A stretch of DNA of 16,465 nucleotides from Oopsacas minuta (taxonomy: Eukaryota > Animalia > Porifera): NCBI GenBank assembly GCA_024704765.1, contig JAKMXF010000127.1, positions 1 through 16,465 of the forward strand, read 5' to 3'. Made by a program: the position numbers and the translations under genes. Positions 8,549 through 16,465 of the stretch are shown one piece after another (the stretch's first letter is position 1; the number at the start of each line of letters is the position of its first letter). The notes beneath the pieces are model-generated. The model saw nothing but the letters and a program-made list of their open reading frames with translations, was not told the DNA's origin and ran no database searches.

Positions 8549-10228
8549 ATGGGAGCTTTCTTAGCCGTACCGAATACGAAGAAACATAGTTGTAGTGGAA
8601 GTGGTACTCACGAGCATATCACATACCACTACGGAGCCTCGTGTATGCAGGGATGGAGGGCTAGGATGGAGGATACATACAACTCTATACCTGCTTTAGA
8701 TAAAGACACAGGATTATTCGCTGTGTATGACGGTCATGGAGGAAAAGAAGTAGCTCTCTACTGTCAAGAGAAGCTTCCTGATAAACTTAAATCTGATCCA
8801 GCATTCTTAAGCGGTAAGATAGGAGATGCTCTACAAAATATATTCTTAGAGCTAGATGATGAGGTCAGAGGGAATCAGGCTGGATCAGAGATGAGAGAAC
8901 TATTGCGAAAAGAGGATGGCAGTATTCAAGGTAGTGACTCTAGCACAGATGAAGAATACAAACCTAGTACTGACGAGGAGTTGATGCTGAAACAGGAAGC
9001 AAACATCCCACTAGATGAGATAATCGCTCAATTCGGACCTCCTACTGACGGAGGCAGCAGGAAATCTATGTTACAAGCTCTGTTTGAGGAAGGACTTGAG
9101 GAGACCAGCTCTGATGGAAGTGAAGAGGAACTCACTCCCAGTGAAAGTGATACTGAAAGATCTGGAGAGGATTCTCCATCTCCTTCTCAAGATAAGGATG
9201 ATACGAAGTCTCCATCACAACCAAAATCTACAAATGGAATTCTCAAAAAATCAGATGATAGCTACGAAGATGTGGCGCAATCTAGCGATATATTCGCGCT
9301 AGACGCTAGCTCCAATTTAGAGGTTCCATTCATACAACCCTCCTCCCTCCCCTCTCCTATAAAATCGCCTGACAAACTGTCTCAGTCTGAATCTGATAAT
9401 CCTGAATTAGAAGAGACAGAAGCTACTCTGAAGAGGGAGCTAGAAGAATTGGACAGAACACCTCTCCTGCCTGAGACCGCTTCTAGTGACGAGGAGCTGT
9501 GTACGGAGTCTGAGGAGAAGCAGCCCCTTTATAAATTGAATCGTAAGAACAAGAGTGAGGGGTTTGACAGTGGTACAACAGCTGTGGTGTGTGTCATATA
9601 CAAAGGTGATATTATAGTAGCAAATGCTGGAGATTCTAGATGTGTACTCTCCAGGCAGGGAGAAGCGTACCCTCTCTCATTTGATCACAAACCAACAGAT
9701 ATAGAAGAGTTGAAGAGGATTGATAAAGCTGGGGGTACAGTGGGACTAGATGGGCGTGTCAATTCAGGACTTAATTTATCCCGTGCAATCGGTGATCATA
9801 TCTACAAACTGAACAAAGAACTGCCTCTACAGGAACAAATGATATCCGCACTTCCTGATATCAATAGCACTACTCTACAGTCAGGTGATAGCTTCATACT
9901 GCTAGCCTGTGATGGCATATTCAACGTAATGGATAATCAAGAAGCTATCACATTCGTACAGAACAGATTGGATAAGATAAACTTGTCAAAGGAGGGACCG
10001 TCTGCTCTCGCTCGTATTTGTGAGGAATTGTGTCAGGGTTGTTTAGCAGACGATACTAACAATGATGGATCTGGCTGTGACAATATGACAGCAATAATAG
10101 TTGTACCTGACATCAGTAGCTCCGATTCTAAACCAAACTCAAATTCAAACTCCAGCAGGAAAAGGAAATCCTCTGATAGTACAGATAGTTCTAAGAGATT
10201 GAAATCTGGCAGTATAGACTCGTGTTAA
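8549..10228 (+). CDS. PPM1G: Protein phosphatase 1G-like (PP2C-gamma), intronless, nested in MCCC2 intron 4
   Basis: 559-aa uninterrupted ORF. N-terminus MGAFLAVPNT (MG myristoylation type). PP2C motifs MQGWRARMED, DGHGG, ANAGDSR, DHKP, GRVNSGLNLSRAIGD, LACDGI, CDNMT. Long acidic/Ser-rich insert and a basic C-terminal NLS-like tail (RKRK...KRLK), both characteristic of PPM1G. Confidence 0.93.
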   Translation: MGAFLAVPNTKKHSCSGSGTHEHITYHYGASCMQGWRARMEDTYNSIPALDKDTGLFAVYDGHGGKEVALYCQEKLPDKLKSDPAFLSGKIGDALQNIFLELDDEVRGNQAGSEMRELLRKEDGSIQGSDSSTDEEYKPSTDEELMLKQEANIPLDEIIAQFGPPTDGGSRKSMLQALFEEGLEETSSDGSEEELTPSESDTERSGEDSPSPSQDKDDTKSPSQPKSTNGILKKSDDSYEDVAQSSDIFALDASSNLEVPFIQPSSLPSPIKSPDKLSQSESDNPELEETEATLKRELEELDRTPLLPETASSDEELCTESEEKQPLYKLNRKNKSEGFDSGTTAVVCVIYKGDIIVANAGDSRCVLSRQGEAYPLSFDHKPTDIEELKRIDKAGGTVGLDGRVNSGLNLSRAIGDHIYKLNKELPLQEQMISALPDINSTTLQSGDSFILLACDGIFNVMDNQEAITFVQNRLDKINLSKEGPSALARICEELCQGCLADDTNNDGSGCDNMTAIIVVPDISSSDSKPNSNSNSSRKRKSSDSTDSSKRLKSGSIDSC

Positions 10229-10575
10229 TTAAACGAATAGCTTATTATCACTAATCACGTTTATATAATGCTTTAGTGCTGTAGCCTCTGCTCTCTCTAT
10301 TTGCTACTTATTTTTAAAGAATTCATCCCTTACATTCAATATGCCACTTTGTGTAGACTTTATAATGAATCAGCTGTTCATGTGCTTTCTGTATGTAGAT
10401 TGTTGCACACTTATTACTATGCACTTTGAAATACACTCTTTCATACATTATTATAATTATTTTCTGCCCCAAATTACGATACAAAAGTTATAATTTCGCT
10501 TCGTGAATCGCGGAACTCTAACAATAATTATTTCGCTTGTACTACTACCAAATCAGTTATCCATTATTTGTGTAG

Positions 10576-10916
10576 GAATGTGTGGGCGTGCCTACTCCCC
10601 TCGCTTCCTGTTCATGTGGCCTAATGCACGGATATCTGTAATGGGAGGAGAACAGGCTGCAGGGGTACTCGCTCAGATAAAAGCTGTTGCAGCTCGTAAG
10701 CAGGGAAAAGAATGGACTCCTGAACAAGAGACAGCTTTTAAAGCTCCAATAATTAAAGCATTTGACGAGCAAAGCTCTGCTTACTACAGCAGTGCTAGAC
10801 TATGGGATGATGGTGTTATTGATCCTACAGATACTAGACATGTGTTAGCTCTCAGTCTTAGTGCTGCATTAAACGCACCCATAGAGGACACACAGTTCGG
10901 AGTGTTCCGGATGTGA
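10576..10916 (+). CDS. MCCC2: MCCC2 exon 5 (terminal)
   Basis: Acceptor GTGTAG. (G)[28 protein letters not shown]...[13 protein letters not shown]...FGVFRM-stop. The five exons sum to 1713 nt (570 aa plus stop), frame-consistent. Confidence 0.95.
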
Positions 10917-11503
10917 AGTGGGAATGATTAGGCATTTCTTGTTCGATTCTCTTACATTACACTTAGTTATGAATATGTATTGTATTATAGTATAGATATT
11001 GTAGGGTATCAGAGAATTTAGTATGTACGCGTACACACGAGAAACTACCTCTACCTCTACCTCTTGGTTGTTGGTTTGGATCGGGTTTGGAAAAGATGTA
11101 TACCTGTTGCATGGGATTCTGATCGGACTCATTAAGTCTATCAGTCAGATAATTTGTTCGAAATTGTCTAAAAGGAAAATGTAGTCCTGTACTGATGTAC
11201 CATATTGCATTTTAATCGGACTCCTGATAATGGCCATGTCGGGACTGCTAGATTTTGTGCGGTCTCATCGATAGAAGTCATTTTCGGTTAAGAAGAACAA
11301 ATACGTATGTACACAAAATCGGGTCTCTACAATGCTTATTCAATTGTTATTACTCCGGTTAAGGCGAAAATATTTGACCGCCGGGCAGGTTCCTATTCAC
11401 GACTGTTCTCTTCCAAAGGAATCTTTGAATTTTGTATGAATAATTTATGAAGGTGTATATATGAGTCGATATATAGGATCTGCTGTGAGGTTAATTCTAA
11501 ATA

Positions 11504-12096
11504 ATGTCAGAGGAAGATTCACCAGATTTGAATATACCTGGAGAAGATGATGCAATAAGACGAGTTGATAACTCCGTTGCTGGTGATAATGAATCAGATT
11601 TTGAATCTGAATATTCTCTAGGACACCAAGAAGAAATAGGCAAGAGAGTAGAAGATATGTTCACTCTTCGTCTTTTGGATGAATTGGGGAGTAACTTTTC
11701 AGAATCTACACCTTCCCCAAGAGTAGATGATGGGGAAAGATTGTTTGGCGGTCACATGAGTCTGTTACAGTTTATCAACACAATATCATCTCTCCTACAG
11801 ACTCAGGAGTTCTCGTCACAACTGAGAATTCTATTCCAGAAGTTAGACACACGAGGGACTGGGTTTCTCTCCTGGAGTAAGCTATGCTCCTACTTGCTGA
11901 CCTACTTGAGAGAGAAGACTCAGGCAGAGAGGAGAGAGAGACATGTGCTACAAGATAAACCCAAATTCTCCAGAAGTCCCTACAGCAGATCTGTTACTGT
12001 ATTGCTTGTCTATTTGGAATCAATCAAGAAATATCTGCTCGTCAGTAAGGATGGAGTTATTAGTCTATGGACACGAGATCTGACACCTATCTCTAG
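11504..12096 (+). CDS. EF-hand-like + WD40 protein (WDR49/WDR64/EFCAB8/WDY-like) - exon 1
   Basis: ATG at 11504. Acidic N-terminus, then LFQKLDTRGTGFLSWSKLCSYL (EF-hand-like) and YLLVSKDGVISLW (WD-like). Donor AG|GTAGAT, phase 2. Confidence 0.8.
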
Positions 12097-12433
12097 GTAG
12101 ATATACATTATTATTCACTACTCTTGTTACAACTATATACGTATATAGACGTTGTGTACAAGCCTCCACGTATGTTTTAAGATTTGGTAAAAATATGCGT
12201 TATAATGAATTCAAGAGTGGCAAATAAGATTCAACTTATTCGATATACTTAACTTGTCAGGATTTATTGAATTTTATTCACTTTCTTGATAAACAAAATA
12301 AATACATATTCCTCATCTGGAAATTGCGAAATTCGAATTCAAATAGATGCCATGAATAATTTCCTTAAATAGACAGACAGACAGACATAACTTGAGATAT
12401 AATAATATAGATTTATTTTGAGTATATATTTAG

Positions 12434-12854
12434 TTACAAACTTCAATCTCTCCTACCTGGTCCTATCAAGCTCAAAGGAGCTCCTTCTTACAAACCTAAA
12501 GCTAAGGTGTGGGTAACAAGTGCTGTATTCTTCCCTGAGTTAAATAAATTAATACTCTCTACAACATCTTCTGATATCTACTTCATCTCTTTCCTTCCCC
12601 CTGACTCCTTCTTGGCTCAGTACCAACTCACTGAATTACCTAGTCCTGCCTTCTCTCTAGCTTCTCACGAGCAGTCTAGCTTGTTAATGCTGTTATGTGG
12701 ATGTGCTGATGGCTCTCTACTCGCATTGAGGTTCCTCTCACCCGAACAGGGATTATTCTCACAAGAACATACTTCTAAGCGTGATGAGTGTGTTAAGGTG
12801 TCTGGTAGGAATCTACATAGATATCAGCAGTTTGTAGTTGCTGCTACTTATCCG
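12434..12854 (+). CDS. WD40 protein exon 2
   Basis: Acceptor ATTTAG in the matching phase. KVWVTSAVFFPELNKLILSTTSSDIYF...LLCGCADGSL. Donor CCG|GTAATT, phase 0. Confidence 0.8.
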
Positions 12855-13188
12855 GTAATTACTCATTACGTTACTTATTAGTTGTTAATTTGACAAGGTT
12901 TGGCAAATATTGAATATTGAAAATTACTCGTGCACTAAGTTATCATAAAATACTGAAAAGATTGACAATTCTGATAAATGTGAAACCATAAATGCTATTA
13001 CATAACTACAGTGGGACTTGCATAATTCGATTCGCTAATCAGACAAGTATTTTCATATCAGATTATGTAGGTTTCACTTTATACACGCTGCAACAAAGTT
13101 ACATCGTGTATGTTGAATGAAAATTTAATTTTTTTGCAACATTGTTGAACCATGTATGTTGCTTTGTTGCATGTAATCTCATCAACAG

Positions 13189-13727
13189 ATCCACAACCAG
13201 TGGGTGAGAAGAATAGAATACCTCCCTTCCTTCCAGAGTGCAATCACCTGCTCACATTGTACGAAGGTATCTCTAGCTATTACAGACCTCCAGAGGATCA
13301 AGCAACCCTATCTCTTCTCTCTCCCTAAAGGAATATCTTGTTTCTGCTACTGTAATCAACTCACCCTACTCCTTACAGGATCAGTTGACCGTATAGTCCG
13401 TGTCTGGTGTCCTTACGTCCCATTCAAACCTACTGCTCTACTCATGGGCCATGAAGCATTTATAACAGATGTTATGGTGTATTATCCTAAGGGAGTATTC
13501 TTATCATTAGATACCGGGGGTATGGTTCGTATATGGGACGCTATCTGGAATAATTGTATACAGTTCGTACAGCTTGTATTCCCGCTACCTTCTCAATCCT
13601 GGGAGTTTGGACCTCGTTCCTTCTTCACTGGAGAAGTGAGCAGCTCCCTCCACTCTACCTGTGCTAACCATCTGGCTAGCTTCGGACTAGCTCCAGGTAC
13701 AGGTGAATCAGAATTCCAAGGAATCAG
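13189..13727 (+). CDS. WD40 protein exon 3
   Basis: Acceptor CAACAG. IHNQWVRRIEYLP...LLTGSVDRIVRVWCPY...LMGHEAFITDV...SLDTGGMVRIWD. The 3' boundary (AG|GTGTTA, phase 2) is inferred from frame compatibility with exon 4. Confidence 0.8.
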
Positions 13728-13751
13728 GTGTTAAATAATTACACTATAGAA

Positions 13752-14072
13752 CAGTGGCGGCGGACCGAGGAGAGCGAACGTGCGATCGCATCCCCCCCCC
13801 AAAAAAATTAACTCAACAAATACCCAAAGTTTTGATGGTACAATTATTCTAAGGGTGGAAGCAGACGTACAATTTCATAATCTGTAGCAGTAGAAATATC
13901 CTACATTTCCCAATTACGAGGGATTACTCTTTGTAATACCTCATCCCCAAACTTTGAATATGGGTTTACGCTTATTCTAGCACATATAAGTGTCAGTAAA
14001 ACTCTTTGATTCCTGTGTATTGACAGCCACTTTGACCGTCCTCCTCAGAAGAAATTCCTACCGCCGTCACTG
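13752..14072. mobile_element. Non-autonomous hAT-like element, 321 bp
   Basis: TIRs CAGTGGCGGCGG / CCGCCGTCACTG (11/12). 8-bp TSD CTATAGAA / GTATAGAA (7/8). Confidence 0.75.
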
Positions 14073-14375
14073 GTATAGAATGAAGTGTATTTTAATACAG
14101 TAGTTAATTTAGGCCACTCCAATTTAATAGATAGTTTCCCTTACAGAGGAATCCAAATATCATGCAGGCGGGCGGTTCATTTATTCAATATTCTACATTT
14201 AGAATTTGAATATTTTCGAATGGAAAGTTATAGAAACACTGTCGAATAATGAATAAAATGATGAAGAAATCAATGCAGGCTCCAAAATACATGCGGGTGG
14301 ATGATGGGAAACAATGTATTGAATTGGAGTTGCCTTACTGATATTTACCGTCCTATTTATACTTGTTCCTTCTAG

Positions 14376-14751
14376 AGGGTGTTCTCTTAAAGCTCCCCCT
14401 TGTGCAGCATTATACGCCTCTACATTCAGTTTGGTAATAGTGGGATCAGAAGACTCCACAATATTCACGTATGACATATATACCGGTAGGAGATTGTATG
14501 TGATTCCATCAGCACATGCAAGAGAGGAAATAACTGCCATGTGTATTGACCAATCCGGGAGGAGAGTAATCACTGCGTCACGCATTGGACAAGCTAAAGG
14601 TTGGGACGTTAATACAGGCGAATTAATGCAAACATTTGTAGCAGTCTCTCCCACTGAAACTACTGCTCTTCTGCCTCTAGCTAAGAAGAATCTATTGTTT
14701 TCAGCTGGTTGGTCTAAAGAGATTATTGCTTATAAAGATAGGCCTGAAAAG
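14376..14751 (+). CDS. WD40 protein exon 4 (gene continues beyond window)
   Basis: Acceptor CTTCTAG. CAALYASTFSLVIVGSEDSTIFTYDIYTG...AHAREEITAMCIDQSGRRVITAS...GWDVNTG...SAGWSKEI. Donor AAG|GTGAGT, phase 0. No stop codon reached. Confidence 0.82.
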
Positions 14752-15593
14752 GTGAGTTTATTGCTAATTATTTTAATTATATAATCCATACTTACTTATC
14801 CAAATGGTATAAACTCTATAGTGTTAGCTTGGGGGTTGCTGGTCCCCCAGGGAAATTGTCAGGAACCTGTGTGGAAACCCACTGGCACATCCCTGCATCC
14901 CAAAAGCAACCCCAAAGAGGATATGCTAGCTGCTCCTTTAGTTGTTAAGTGTTTTATTCTAAACGAGCCGCTTCGCTTGCTCGCACTGAGCACTTTGTGT
15001 TTGCAAAAGTCTAAAATTGCAAAATATTTGTTTTTGTACAAAAGAGAAACTTAAATATGCAAATTCGGATTTAGCATCCATTGTTATCAAAGAAGAATTC
15101 TCTAAGTATCTTTCGAGATTTCAATTATTTGTTTGCTTTATATTCATAAAAATTGCAAATAAATTTACATTTAATTAAATCGGAATTGAACATACTCGAT
15201 TACCCAAAATGTAATTGTTTAATTTCCTATATCATCACCAGAAGGCTATGTTATTCCCTATATTATACACACATATCATCTCGCCCTATCAATATGATAC
15301 AAAATGGACAAACAAACAAGCAAATACTATAAATATTGAAGCAACTTGAATTTTTCATTTTGAAAATGGTGATTGTATCTACTTACGTATTCGAATGAAC
15401 CCCCTATCAAAATGTTGTTAACTATAACTTGTATATATATTTGATCCCAAAGAGTATGTGGAGAGGAAAGATGGATCACTCTGTTGAATACGTCACAATC
15501 TCGCATTCTCAATGAATATATTATTCCAACATCGTCTTATGACCACAATGATTACTTTTTGAACATGAAAATTGTAATCATAAATCCATAATG

Positions 15594-15662
15594 CAGCGGT
15601 TCCCAATTTTTCACCTGTGGACCCCTTGCTGTTTTCCATGGACCCCAGATTGGGAACAACTG
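15594..15662. mobile_element. Small hAT MITE, same family as 4816-4894
   Basis: CAGCGGTTCCCAAT...ATTGGGAACAACTG termini, shared internal GACCCC and TCCATGGACC. Degenerate TSD CCATAATG / TCCTAATG. Confidence 0.65.
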
Positions 15663-15842
15663 TCCTAATGTATCAAATGGAAGTGTCTCGTATCAAAATC
15701 GAGAACAAATGGAATAGACAGCGTCATGGGCGCCCGAAACTCTCCAACGTCAGGGGTGTGAATTTTATGTTCCTATTTGAAAAGTCAAAATGTATGAATA
15801 TTAGGTCAATAATATAGAAGTTTGTGTGGGTAATAAAGATCA

Positions 15843-16003
15843 CAGGGCCGTAGCCATGAAAATACAAGTGGTTCGGGTTGGATACAGCACAAACAAGACA
15901 AAGTGGTCAGGTTAACTGGACCAGTTGGTGAATTATTGGAAAATTTGGTAGCAAAATCGGTCAGATTGAAACCTGACCAACCGGACCGATGGCTACGGCC
16001 CTG
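15843..16003. mobile_element. MITE with perfect 15-bp TIRs (hAT-like termini)
   Basis: CAGGGCCGTAGCCAT ... ATGGCTACGGCCCTG. No TSD recognisable. Confidence 0.6.
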
Positions 16004-16465
16004 ATATATTGTATAAAAGTGTGACTCTAGCCAGGGGGTATAATTCTATGTCAATATATTTTTAAATATTCGTCCAGAGGTGGGTTAAATGTATACCCAG
16101 AACGCAAGAAGGATCTAAATCGATCTCAGATAGTAGTTACGTGTTGAGATCAGGTCACGGGTCTCTCAGAAAATCATATTGATCGAAAAAACGAGGTCCT
16201 TGAGATTTTTCATGATTCTTGTGTAGAATTTTGCGTAGAATCCGATTCTGTTGCCAAAAAAATATTTCTCACACAAATTTTTGAGTTATTTTATATTTTT
16301 TTGTAAAAAAAAAATTTTTTTAGTTCCCATTTTTATATGTTGTCGGGTTGCTAATTTATCATATTAGAATCATCGTTATCACTCATACATTGAATATAAT
16401 ACATCCATCAGTCACATATAGAATAAATTAAGTACTTATAAAATTAACGAAATTAATTTCCTTGA

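Noticed and set aside
9084-9302. 72-aa alternative-frame ORF inside PPM1G
   Set aside because: By-product of the purine-rich acidic insert, with no recognisable features.
14147-14200. Possible extra WD exon after the strong acceptor TTTCCCTTACAG
   Set aside because: All frames close quickly without WD motifs, and exon 3 joins exon 4 in frame without it.
14199-14654. 151-aa minus-strand ORF
   Set aside because: Antisense to WD40 exon 4, non-ATG start, no domain recognised.
16078-16179. 33-codon open frame after an AG as a candidate next WD exon
   Set aside because: No WD-like sequence, and it lies within repeat-like DNA.

Overview
AT-rich, intron-containing eukaryotic (animal-like) genomic DNA; the species cannot be determined from the sequence. 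(1) About 630-3560, minus strand: a decayed multidomain gene with a classic OTU cysteine-protease domain, a probable PHD finger and a vertnin-like OTU-fold domain. A P-like non-autonomous transposon (2191-3518) interrupts the G-D-G-N-C catalytic motif and itself carries two further nested MITEs. (2) 4348-10916, plus strand: a complete 5-exon MCCC2 gene (570 aa by my exon model) with one GC-AG intron. Its 2.55-kb intron 4 contains an intact, intronless PPM1G-type PP2C phosphatase ORF (8549-10228) on the SAME strand. (3) 11504 to beyond the window end, plus strand: the first four exons of an EF-hand-like + WD40 protein of the WDR49/WDR64/EFCAB8/WDY type. Introns carry several hAT-like and pogo-like MITEs. 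Family assignments come from motif recognition by eye; no database search was run.
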